Assembly: GCA_002104945.1 (NCBI GenBank)
Contig: MCFH01000002.1
Span: 1,178,001 to 1,242,000, forward strand
Origin: Piromyces finnis finn
Lineage: Eukaryota; Fungi; Neocallimastigomycota
DNA length: 64,000 bases
Direction of reading: 5' to 3'
The translations under genes and the position numbers were made by a program. Of this stretch, positions 1 through 18,355 are shown one piece after another. The number at the start of each line of letters is the position of its first letter. Within the stretch, counting starts at the first letter, position 1. The notes below the pieces were generated by a model. That model saw only the letters and a list, made by a program, of their open reading frames with translations. It made no database searches and was not told the DNA's origin.

Positions 1-67
1 TTTAATTTTATTATATTATATTTTATTTTATTATTATTCTAGTTTTGTTTTTGTCTTTGTTTTTTTG

Positions 68-99
<32 letters not shown>

Positions 100-1229
100 G
101 CTTAAATTATTTTTTTTAACATATGTTTTCAATTTTTTGAAAGAAATATTTTTGGATAAGAATTTTTTTTTCTGAATTTTTTATATATATATATTTTTTT
201 TAAAAAAATTCATTGTATTACTTGTTCTTTGATTTTTTAAGAAAATGGTATTGAATTAATAAATTCAATAATATTTATGATATATTCTGCTTCTTTTTAT
301 ATGCATAAAAAAAATTAATTTCCTATGTTACTCTACAGTTTTTAAATATTCTCCTCTTATAATTTGTATTTTTGGTTATCTTCATACTTATATTTCTTTT
401 TGAAATTCATCTTAAAATATTATTTTACCTTTATAATAATAAATATTAATAATTATTATTACTTACTAAAAAAATATAAATCAATTTAAATATTATATAT
501 AGTATATAAATAATAGTAAATAAATTTATAATAAAAAAATAATTATTAAAGAAACTAAACTTTAAATTATTATTTCATTATAATTTAATAGTAAATAAAC
601 ATTTGTAATATTTTATTCAAAATATGATAAACATATACTCTATAATTATTATTATTCTTATTTTATTATTATATTTCTTATTTTTTATTATTTTTAACTT
701 AATAAATATTCTATTAGTATATTTATATTTTTACTTTATCAAAAATAAAATTTATGTATACAAATTAATTAAGGGTTAAATTTTTACTAGAAAATATTTA
801 AAAAAAAATGAAAAAGAATAATCTTAAATAAAATTAAAATAATAATATAATTTATATATTCACTTTCTTAAAATGTTCTCTTCGTATTAAAGGAAATTAA
901 GATGGAAATAATATCAAAAAAATTTTACCCAATTGTTCCTTTCCAAAAAGGAAAAAAATGTTTTTATATATAAATATATATTATTATCTATTTTTTGTTA
1001 TTTTTTAAATTATAAATTACTTTGTGATAGCGATTTTTTTGGTAATGTGTTATTGTTTTTTTTGTTTGGATGATTCATTATTTGTTTATCGTTTAATTTA
1101 AATTTATTGATTATTGGAATCTTGTGTATTAAGGAAATTATATTCTGATTTTTTTATTGATATACTTTATGGTATTTAAAATAAATAAAAAATGATATAT
1201 ATCTTTTTTATAGTGATATATCATTTAAT

Positions 1230-3033
1230 TTAATGAACGTTACGAACAACATAATCAATGGCTTCAGCGAATGCCTTAACATTCTTTGAGTTTAATCCAG
1301 CCATTGAAATACGACCATTTTCAGTTAAGTAAATGTGGAATTTGCTCATTAAAGCACGGCATTGCTTAACATTTAAACCAGTGTAACTGAACATACCAAT
1401 TTGGTCAACAATATGGTCCCAACTACCTGGGGTCTTTAATTCTACTAAGTATTGGTGTAATTGTTTTCTCATTTCAATAATTCTAGAAGACATAGTCTTA
1501 AGATTATCGTACCATTCTTCGGTTAATTCTGGGGTATTTAAAACAATGTTAGCAATTTCAGCACCGAATCTTGGAGCGTTTGAAACGATAGCTCTAGAAA
1601 TCTTAGCTAATTGAGTTTGACAACGTAAAGAATATTCCTTCTTTGAGGTAACTAAAGTAATACAACCAGTTCTTTGACCATATAAACCAAGGTTCTTAGC
1701 AAATGATTGAGAACAAATTAATTCAAATCCCATATCAACGAAAAGACGAACAGCGTAGGCATCCTTGTCGAGATCACCAGAAGCAAAACCTTGGTAAGCA
1801 CAATCGAAGAATGGGAAATGATCCTTTTCCTTCATGACTTCAGCGATCTTCATCCATTGAGCTGGGTTTGGATCAACACCAGTTGGGTTATGAGCACAAG
1901 CATGAAGAAGGAAGATAGAACCGTTTGGAGCTTCTTTCATGGTATTAATAATACCTTCAAAATCTAAACATTTTTCTTGAGCGTTCCAGTATGGATAACT
2001 GGCAATTTGTAAACCAGCATCGGTCATAATAGATCTATGGTTAGCCCAGGTTGGATCTGAAATATAAACGGTTCTTTTATAGAACTTCTTTAAAAATTCA
2101 GCACCTAAACGAAGAGCACCAGTACCAGAAAGAGCTTGAACACCAACAGCTCTTCCTTCCTTAATAGCAATACTATCTTCACCTAATAAAAGTTTTACAG
2201 CAGCAGTAACAAAGGTTTGAAGACCACCCATTGGTAAGTATTCGTGATTAGCTTCTGGGTTAGAAATTAAAATTTCAGTAGCCTTTTTAACACTTGGTAA
2301 AACCCATGGTTTACCCTATAAATTAAAACAATATTTTGTTATTTTCTATTATAATTATTTCAAACTTCTAAATAAGAATTTATAATTCTTTGAAAAAAAT
2401 CTATAATTACATTATCATCTCTGTAGGCACCAACAGTTAAGTTAGTTTTATTATAATATTTATCAACATTGTATTTAGCAAGAATTGAGAAAATAGCATC
2501 AGCTGGAGCTTGTGGAACAGCTTTAAATAATGAAGCTGGTTCTTTTTTATTATTTTAATCAAATATAAAAAATATTTAGTATATTATATATAACATAAAA
2601 AAAAAACATTATTTCGTATTTCATAATATATTTTATTTTTATTTCACATTTTATAATATATTTTAATTTCACATATAGCAATCATTCTAAATTACACAAA
2701 AATTTAAAACCTTTTTTATAACAAACAATTCTTCTTCCAATCTTTTACATATATATACTTCACTTTCAAATTATTATACATATATTATGAAAAACTTTTT
2801 AAATAATTTCTTTTATTATGATATATATAATATATTGTATTCATTCCTTTCAATATTCCAAAATTTTCACACTTTTTTTTTTTATTTTTGCTTTTTAAAA
2901 AAAAAAATAAAAAATAAAACAAAAATAAAAAAATATCTTATATATATATAATACCTTGTAAGTGTGAAGCAATAAGTGCTATTCTAGCAGCAGAATCAGT
3001 AGCGTTTTCAGTTTTTTTGTTAGCAGAAGCCAT
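1230..3033 (-). CDS. AAT2: Aspartate aminotransferase (class I PLP-dependent, cytosolic/peroxisomal type); 3 exons: 3033-2955, 2541-2411, 2315-1230
   Basis: ORF 1230-2231 has AAT motifs (QALSGTGAL, HACAHNPTG, FFDCAYQGFASG, SQSFAKNLGLYGQR with the PLP lysine, GRISMAG). Manual translation of upstream GT-AG exons gives MASANKKTENATDSAARIALIASHLQ / EPASLFKAVPQAPADAIF...NLTVGAYRDDN / GKPWVLPSVKKA. Confidence 0.95.
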
Positions 3034-4485
3034 TGTATATTATCTAATTTATTTAACTTTTTATTTTTTAAACAAAGAAAAAAAAAATTTACAGAGAAAA
3101 TAATAATTATTTATATATTATTTATTAATCAGTAATAATATATTTTTATTAAGTTTTATAATAAAACAATAAACAAATATAAATGATAATTACTATAGAA
3201 TGGTTTTATTTAATAGTATATTTAACTATTCACTTATTATTTTTTAGTCTATTAACCCTTTTCTTAATATATAATATTATATGAAATAATATATTACAAT
3301 TAATTGTTTTAATTTAAATATAGTTTTTTAAAAATTTGATAATAAATAAAATTCATGTATTGGCTCATAGATTTTTATATTGATTAAACATATATAATCA
3401 ATATATTACAATATAATAGACAAATAGAAATTTATTAATTTACAATCTATATAAAAAATATATCATCTTGAAAATAGAATATATATTATAATATATATAT
3501 TTAACTATTTTGTAATAAGGATTTATTATATTATTTTATATATTGTAATACGCATATATATCTTTTTTTTTTTAATAAATAACGGATATAAGATCTTTTA
3601 ATTATTCCAATGAATGTCAAACCTTTCATTACAAGATATAGAAATAAAACAAAAATTAGAGAAGTCGTTTAAACATTCCTTTTATTTTTTTCTTTTGATA
3701 CGAAGTAAACTCTATTCAGAAGGTATGGTTTCTTGGTTCTTGTATAGTTTATTATACTTTTTGTCTTTGTTATATATTTGTGTATTTTCGTTAATATTAA
3801 AATCATTTATTATAATTTGTAAAAGATATTTAATAGAATTTTAATATAAAAATGTAAAAGGAAAGTAGCACACGCCATAATTTTTTAATTTAAAAGCCTA
3901 CCTCAATGATATATTTTGTGGCTTTTAATACATTGTATGATGTTAAAAAGAATGATCCTTAATTAAAAAATAGGATCAAAATTTGAAATTTAAAATGTTA
4001 CAATTAATTTTTTCAGTAGTAGGACAATCTCTATAATTATATGACTTTCCTTTTTTTAAATTAACACATTTTCAATATAAAGAATCATCATTATAATGTT
4101 ATAATGACTAGAATTAATATTAGTAATATTAGTATTAATAATAACTTTTATGAAAAAAACTACATTTTCCTATGTACTTTTATTATTAATTTTTAATTAA
4201 AAATGATGATTTTGCTATTAAAATTAGATAAAAACTTTAATTCAATACTATAATAAGTTATAAGAAAAAAAAAAAAGTTTAATTTTACTGTTAAAAGGTT
4301 AAGTTGATTTTAATTAAAGGTTTATTATTGTTTATTTATATGAAAGTTTTTTTTATTATTATTAGTAAATAAGGCCTATACTTTTTTTATATAAAAAAAA
4401 AAAGGATTTAATAATAAACAAATAATGGACTATTTCCTTTATATTTAAAATGATAATTAAGAAATTTTATTATAAATAATAATTC

Positions 4486-4524
<39 letters not shown>

Positions 4525-5106
4525 TATATATATATGATAATAGCAATACTAATAATAAGAATAATAAATAAATAAATAAATAAATAATTAAATAATTAAA
4601 TAAAGCTATTTAGGATAAGGTACCATATAATATCAATATATTGTAATATATCCACTTTTTAAATGATTTTTTTTTTGATAGCGATAGCTTTTTTTCTTGA
4701 ATTTGATAAAGAAAATTTTTATATTAATTGATTAGAATATATATAACTAATTGAGTTAATATATAGTTACACAATATATTTATTTACAAAATTATATATA
4801 TTATATATTGATTAAATCTACAAAAAAAATAAATAATAATTAATCCTTTTTTTTTTAATTAAAAAAAATTGATAAGAAAAATATGAATTTTTTATTATGA
4901 AGAAGGAAAGAAAAAAATTAATATACTTTTCTGTAAAATATTTAAAAAACTTCTTCTTATTTTACTTTTGATAAATAAAACTAGAGGGTATAGTTTCTTT
5001 ATATTTTTAAAGTATATATATAAATTAATAATAAAAAGGAATTAAACATTTTTATTTTTAACAAAAAAAAACTGTGTATTATTATAATTTATTATGAATA
5101 GGAATA

Positions 5107-5565
5107 ATGACCCTGAACTTTATTACAATTGAACCTAATGGAATAATGGATATTACTGAAGGAATTGTCGTACATCAGGTTAATTGTTTAAATCGAATTG
5201 GTAAAGGATTATCAGGTCAAATTTGTAAAAAATATCCTATTGTTAAACAACAATACCATAAGTTATGTACTGAACTTGGTACTACAGGTGTCTTTGGGAA
5301 AGTCCAAGAAGTTCTGGTTTCAAATAACCTAATTATTGTTAATATGTTTTCTCAGATGGAGTTTGGAAACCCAAAAAAAACTGGAAAACAGTACACCAAC
5401 TATGAAGCTCTTGTAAATGGACTAGAAACATTATGTCAAAAATACCCTGATAAAATTATATATATCCCTGAATTTATTGGTTGTGGATATGGAGGTGGTG
5501 ATTGGAATACAATATGTACACTTATCTCTCATTTATCTATAACTGTTGTAAAACGACCTGTTTAA
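5107..5565 (+). CDS. Single-domain macrodomain protein (Poa1p/TARG1/DarG-like, phage/bacterial type), intronless
   Basis: 152 aa with VHQVNC...GKGLSGQI..KYP, IVNMFSQ and IPEFIGCGYGGGDW, the hallmark motifs of Appr-1''-p-processing macrodomains. Confidence 0.85.
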   Translation: MTLNFITIEPNGIMDITEGIVVHQVNCLNRIGKGLSGQICKKYPIVKQQYHKLCTELGTTGVFGKVQEVLVSNNLIIVNMFSQMEFGNPKKTGKQYTNYEALVNGLETLCQKYPDKIIYIPEFIGCGYGGGDWNTICTLISHLSITVVKRPV

Positions 5566-7568
5566 TAATTAAAATTGTATTATATTCTTAAAATATACTT
5601 CATGTCATTATGAAAGATAAAAAAAAGACAAAAATTTGTAATATAGCTTAATATATATTAAAATTTAATGCATTAAACTTGTAATAACTCTAAATCTATA
5701 TCTTGAGAAATTGCTAAACTTTAAATATTTTTTAATAATTATATTAAAAAAAGTATCAATATAGAATAGAAAGTTGAGATAAATGTAAAACTGTATACTA
5801 TTTAACATTAAAAAGCTTTTAATAGATATCAAAAAGGATAAATGGAGCTATCTAAATTCAGCTTTGCCTCTAACTACTAATATAAAAAGCCATTAAAGTC
5901 TAATATTTACGAATTATTACTATCCTTTTTGACAAATTTTAATTACAGGATAAAAAGTTCAGTTTTTTCCTTTTTTCATCAAAATTATATGTTTAATTTT
6001 AAACTGTTTAATAAAAATTGATTTTAATATGGCTCCACTTACAAAATAAAGATAATATTATAATTGCAAGCAGTAAAAATGGTTGATATGATGATACTAT
6101 AAAGTTTATATATTAATGGAAAACTAATACACTTTTTTTTTATTTCATGTAAAAATAAAATTTTACTCTATATAAAATTACATATTATATTTATTTATAT
6201 TTAAATTGAAAAATCAATGCATCTAAATACACAAGTATAAACAACCTATATAAAGTATATGAAATAAAACTATAATTTAACATTATTTTGTTAAAATAGT
6301 ATTATAGTAACAGGAATGAATTTTAGTTTTTGAAAAATTAAAAAATGTTTTGACACCATTATATAAATAATATAATTATAAATTTTATAAATGATTTATA
6401 AAGGTAATATGTTATAATATATAAATTTCTCTTCAATATTCTATTATTACTGTTGTTATTATTATTAAAATAAGAAATGATGACCTAATATTATAAAGGA
6501 TTTTATATTTTTCAAATAACAAATTCTGAAATAATGATTTATAATAATATGTAAAATTATTATTCAAAAGTTCACTAATATTTATTAATTCTTTAATAAA
6601 AAGAAGAAAAAATACTAATAAATGCATAAAAATATAATATCGTAATATTAATAATAGAAATCTATTTATATATTTATGTATATACTAGTATTTTTTTTTT
6701 TTTACATAATTATTATAAAATATAAATAGCTTATAATTAGTATAATATGTTTGTGAATATGAAATATTTTCAAAAAATTATATTAATCAAAAATTTGTAT
6801 ATTTCTACGTATTCATTTAAAGTGCAATAGTTATATAAATGTAGTAAAATAAAATAAAAATATTTATAATATCTTTAAAATCTAAATATACTTTAAGATA
6901 TTAATTTCTATATAGTAAAATTGATTATTTTCTATAATCTTTAAATTAAAACTTGTATAATTATTTATATTTATTTTTATTCTGTTTGTTTGTTTGCATG
7001 TTTTTAATGGTAAAATATATTTCAGTTGATAGAACTAATAAAAATAAATATCTATATACGTTATGTATAAATATTTATTATTATCAAAAAATATTTTTAT
7101 ATTATAAAATATATGCTGTTAAATATTGGATATCTTACCTTTATAATCTTTTATAGAAATCATTTATGAACTAATGAATTAAACTGTAAAATGAATATTG
7201 AAACATTTATTATTAATAATTTTTTGAGTAAAATTAAAAAGAATTATCAAATAATTATTGTTTTTAAGAAAGAAATAAAAAAAATAAAATAACTATCAAT
7301 TACTAATATAAGATATTTAAAAAGATATACAAGAAGAATATAATATGAATATATATAAAAAAAAAAGAATATTTCTTTATATATTATTAATAGAAGTAGT
7401 TTTAAGTTTTGAAAGAATAATTCACTTTTTATACATAACCTAACCTTTTATTTTCAATTTATAAAATTATTCATGCTTTATAATTTTAATTATTTTTAAG
7501 ATTCTACCAAAAAGAAAAAATAAAATTATCTATTTTCATAAAAATTTTCTTTAATATATAAATTTAAG

Positions 7569-7885
7569 ATGGATGCTAGAGCATTATTAGCAAGAAAGAA
7601 ATTAGAAAGAAAAAAGGCAGCCGCTGCAAAAACAAAAATAAATTCCCCATTTGCAGAATATGATTCATTAGGAAAATTAAAATGTAAAATATGTTTAATA
7701 AATATTAAACATGAGTCTTTATGGAATTCTCATGTTTCAGGTAATTATAAAAATCTCGTGAATTGATTAATTATTCATTGTTTTAAAATGACAATGTAAA
7801 CAATAATGTAATCACTCTTATATATAACATTTTCATATTTAAACCATTTTTAATATGAATTTATAATATTTTGATAATAATTTAT

Positions 7886-7924
<39 letters not shown>

Positions 7925-8886
7925 AATTTAAACTAATGATACCTTTTTTTTTTTTTTTTTTTTTAATAAAAAAAGGCAAACAACATAAATTAGCAATTCA
8001 AAGAATTAGGGAAGAAAAAAATAAATTAAAATCCTCAATATCGTCATCAAATTCACACGTTATATCAAATAGAACTATACCAAAAAAGGAAACACCTCCA
8101 AAACAAAATACTCTATTATTAGGTGGATATGATTCAGATAGTGATGCTGATTCAGACGATAATAACAAAAATAGTAATGAAGTTATTGAAGATGAACCAA
8201 ATCGTAAACGTATAAAAATGTCAGAAAATACTAATAATTTACCCCCAGGATTTTTCGATAATAATAATAGTAATAGTGATAGTGAAAATGATAATGATAA
8301 TAATAATGATGATAAAAGTGATATAATGAAAAAAGATGAAAAAGATGAAGAAAATGATGAAGGAGAAACACAGAATCTTTCTTCACTACCAAAAGGATTT
8401 TTTGATAATCATGAGGATAATGACAATATGGAAATTACTGAAGATAATGAAGAAAATAATGAAACTCCTTTAACGGATTTACCTTCAAATTTCTTTGATC
8501 AAAGTCTTAAACCCAAACAAATGTTAGATAAAGAAAAAGTAGCAGAAGATGAAAAATTAAAAAATGAAATGGAATTATTTGAAAAAGAAATTCAACAGGA
8601 ATCCTTAAATGTTGATATAGTTGAAGAGCAAGAAGAGGATGATTTTTATGAACGTAGAGATCAAGAATTAGAAATAGAACAAAAGCAATATATGTCAAAA
8701 ATGGCACAATTAAAAAATAAAAAACAACAAATTCAAGAAAATAAAATAAAAAATCATATGTCTATAAAAAAAAAAGATTCTAAAAAAGAAAAGGTTGAAA
8801 AAATGGATGAAGATTCAGATTCAGATTCAGATTCAGATTCAGATTTAGAAAATGAACTTTATAATTGGAGATCTAGAGGTTTATAA
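7569..8886 (+). CDS. ZNF830/CCDC16-like U1-type zinc-finger splicing factor; exons 7569-7740, 7976-8886
   Basis: The spliced product joins CKICLINIKHESLWNSHVSG to KQH (C2H2 matrin/U1-type finger). It has acidic LP.GFFD repeats, a coiled coil and a C-terminal NWRSRGL, as in ZNF830. Splice phases are compatible. Confidence 0.8.
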
Positions 8887-9415
8887 ACAACAACAACAAC
8901 AACAATAATAATAATAAATCAAAATTTCAATAAATAGTATACATTTTTTTATTTTTTTATTTTTTTATTTTTTTTTAAAAAAAATAAATCATATGTATAT
9001 ATTTAATCTTTAATTCAATTATTATCTAAATATTTATTTAATCATTTCTATTTATTAAAAAATAGTATATAAAATAATTAATAAAACTTCGACACACATA
9101 TGTACACTTTATTCTTTTTATTCCATTTTCATAAAATTAAAACTAATATACATAAACTATTTAAAAATAACAAAAACATAATTATATACATTTTTTATCT
9201 TGCTGTTTTGTAGTCTAATTTATGACTTTATTTGTAAGGATATAAAATATTTTTTATTTTTATTTATTTATTTATTATTATTTTGTTAGGGGTATTTGGT
9301 ATACAATTCATAATATTAATAACTAATTATTAGGAAATTAACAAGTATAAAATAAACAACAAAAAAAAAATTAAATTTTTTTTTTTTTAAGATTTTTGTT
9401 ATTTTATAATTCCTT

Positions 9416-14400
<4,985 letters not shown>

Positions 14401-14945
14401 TTTATTATACAAATGTAAAATTTACTTTTAATAATTTTTTACTTTCTAAAATTATTCTTTTTTTATTTCTAATTAATTTTAAATATTCATCAATATTTAT
14501 TATTTTATATATATTATTATAATTTTTTTTTTATAGAAAGATAACTAAATTAATTTTCAATCAATTCAATTTCATTATTATATAAATATATAAATCCAAT
14601 ATATGTGGATATTGAAAATTTGTAGTAGTTTTTTTTTTTTTAATAAAAGATTTTAACATATTTTTAAAATTAAAAAATGAAATTATTAATAAATTTAATT
14701 TAATATTATTTGAATTTAATAGTTAAAAAAAAAAAATCATTTTAAAAATGTTTAATTTTTTTTTTTTTTTTATTTTGAATTCTTATATAATAATAATTAT
14801 TATTTTTCACAATAATAATAATATTAATATTAACAAATATAGATTTATTATTTTCATAAATTAAAAACTGTTTCTTTTAGTTGTTTTTATGATAACTTAT
14901 ATTATGATACCATAAATAATATTATAAGAATAGAAAACAATCAAA

Positions 14946-16893
14946 ATGAATGACACTATACAGGATAATATAGAATATATTTTTGATTATCAAACAAAAC
15001 TCTCCTACAATCTTCCAATAAATACAATTCAATTATTTGAAATTGATTTATCGAATTCTATACTAAATAGTAATTCCACTATTCAAGCCATCAATAAGGT
15101 TCAAGAGGTATTATCAAAAGGATTTAGAAAATTATATGTGGATATCTCATGGGATAAAGAAGAAAATAATTGGAAAATATGTAATAAAGATAAAAATAAT
15201 ACTAATTGTATTATAAATTATAATGAAGGCTTTAGTATTTTAAATTTAGTTAAGAGTATTAGAAAATGGATAGATAATTCCAATGACTGTCATGTTATTA
15301 TTCTCATATTAAGAATTAATTCCTTTGAAAATGATGATAAGGTGAAAACAATTTCAGATATAAATGACTATATGGTTAAACTGGATGTATTAAAAGGAGA
15401 TATAATGTCTGAAATTAAAGATATTTTGTATACTGTGGAAATAATGAAATATGAAAGTAATCAAGAAGAAAAAAACTATGACAAAAGAAGTGACGATAAT
15501 ACTTTATATATAAATAAAGATTGGATTTCATTTAACAGTTTATGCTCGATGAATAAAAAATTGTTAATTGGTTTAGAATCAAATAACGAATTATTACAAT
15601 ATGAAGACAATATATTATTTACAGATTATCAATTAATTAAAAAGCCTATCCAATATAAAGATTTAAAAAAACACATTTTATTTTTAACCCCAAAAATATC
15701 AAGAAATAATAAAATTAATAAAATTATAAAGTTAGTAGAAAAAAGGAAAATTGATAATGAAACATCATTCGACCATCAAAATAGTAATAATGATTATAAT
15801 AATAATCTATCAGTTATTTTTAATCACGATGATATTATAAATGTTAAAAAAGAAGTCATTGATTTTATAAAGGATAATAATATAAGTATTCAATTGAAAA
15901 CTTATGATTTGAATTCAATTCAATTATTAAAAAGTTCATTAATTTGGAGTTGGGATATTAATACTGATTTTATGAAAGATTCAATAGACTTATGTATTGT
16001 TATCAATAGCAGTACTGGTAACTGGTATATAATTATTAATTTTATCGTATATTAATTTAAAATGGAAAAACATACAAATATATAAATAACAATTATTGTT
16101 ACTTATTATTAATGAATTTATTAAAATTTTATAGGCAATATCATTCCTGTGATGATAAGTTTCCAATAGCATGTAGAAATATAAACAATTCTTTAATGGT
16201 AATATCTCTATTGATATAGATATATTAAAAGAAATTAAAAAATATAATGAAAATTATTAAAAATATATGTATGAATATGTTATTTATTTATAATTAATAT
16301 TCAAAAGTGGTCGATAAAGGAAAATAATGAAACATGTGATAATGGTTATATTTTATCTCTTCCATATTCATCAGAAGAAAATAATGTATTATTGAAAACA
16401 TTTCACTATAATAAAACTATGAGTTCTTCTAATTTCCTATATTTAACCAAAACTTCATTAGAAATTAATGATGAAATTGAGCCAGATAGGTGTGAATCGA
16501 AGGTTATTAATATGCCTAATGTTGAAAAACATTTAATTGTACAAACAAATTTAGAATATGTATGTGTAAAGTTTATATATTCATAATAGTTTTTTTTAAA
16601 TATTTTATATCTTTTTTTTTTTTATTTTTAAAATCATTATTTATATTAACAAAGTAAATAATTTATATATAAAAATATAATAATTATTATTTTTTTTAAT
16701 AAAATATAAGGGTGAATTATTGAACGAGCTTGTTAAAACATCATTGAAACCAGCTTTAGCAATTTTAATAATTGTACTATTTCTAGTTATAAAATCAATA
16801 CGTAAACAATATGTAACATTTAAAAGAAGACGGCGACGCATGGATATTAAGAAAAGGTTAAAAATTATTGAAACTCAAACTGTACCTATCTAA
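14946..16893 (+). CDS. MTC6-like (maintenance of telomere capping 6 family) membrane protein, multi-exon; start uncertain
   Basis: LSKGFRKLYVDISWD...WKIC and LIWSWD...C.V....G.W motifs resemble the Mtc6 family. The last exon encodes a TM helix followed by KRRRRRMDIKKRLKIIETQTVPI* (stop 16891-16893). Confidence 0.6.
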
Positions 16894-18355
16894 TTCTCAT
16901 TATATAATTAATTAGTTGGTTAATAGTGATAAGGTATATTACAACAATTATATTTCTTAGATGATTTAATACTCATTTTTATCAATATTTTACACAGGGA
17001 TCTAAGAAATATTCATATAAATAATAATAAAAATAATAGTAATAAAATTAAAACATTTATATATTATTTATATTATAGTAAAAAAAAAAAATCCTAAGTT
17101 TATCAAATATTATTTTAAAAAAATATATAAATATTAATATTTATTAAAGATAATCATTTATATAAATCAATTTATTTTATTTTATAAATGCGTTATTGAT
17201 AATACTATATATTGAATCTTGTTCTACTTGAAAATTTTTAGTATTGGTTGTCGGTAGTAGTTTTATAAAAATTTATAGATTAAAATTTGAAAATAAATTT
17301 TATGTTTACAGTTTTTTAATATTAAGGGTTAGGTATTTTAATTATTAAATATTTAAAAAATATGTTATATACTTTTCTTTAAAAGCTAAAAACTTTTTTT
17401 ATTCATCATAATTTTGATCCTTTCGAAAAAAATTTAAAATGGTAGTATAAAAAAAAAATACAAAATATGAAAAAAAAAAAAAAAAGAAAATTGAACTTTT
17501 ATTTAAATATTGTTTTTATGTACTTATTCTTGCAATTTGGAAAAAAACAAAAAAAATTAAAGTTTACATTTTTTTTATAAAGAGTATATTTACATTATTA
17601 TAATATTAATAATTACACTTTATGAAATGCTTTAATTTATTATAATTTTCATATGAAATAAAAAAAAAGAGTATATTATAATCACCTTTCATTTTTGTTT
17701 CTTAATGTTTCTTTCTGTTATCATTTATTATATCAATTTAATTTATTAATAAAATTAGTACCATTAGATGGTAAATATGATACTTTTATAACACAAGTAT
17801 TTCAAATGAATAAACAAGATCATCAATTTTTAATAGTTATTTGTTATTTATGTATATGTAGTCCTATATAATTGTTATAAAGTATATTTTATGGAGGAGG
17901 AAAAAAATAAAATTAATAATATCAATTTTTTTAATTAAATTTTTGTATTTTAATATTAATTTTTTTTATTTTTGAAAAAATTTACATTTTAATTAAATTA
18001 CTTTATTCTTTTTTAAAAAGATATTAATTTTATTAATAATTAAAAAAAAAAAAAAAAAAAAAAAGAATTAAATAAATATAAAAGAATGCTAAGAAAATAA
18101 TAATAAAAATATAATATAATAATACTATTAACTATTAGAAGCAATAAATAGAAAAACTCTAAGCAGAGGATAAATAAAAATAAAATACCAGTTAATTTTT
18201 AATATAATATTCGAATTTATTGTTTATGAATAATTGAATACCAAAATAATAATAATAATAGTATAAACAACAACACAATAACAACAACAACAAAAATATT
18301 ATCCAAGATAAACAAGTTACTTTAATACAAATATATAATAAATAAATTTCAAAAA

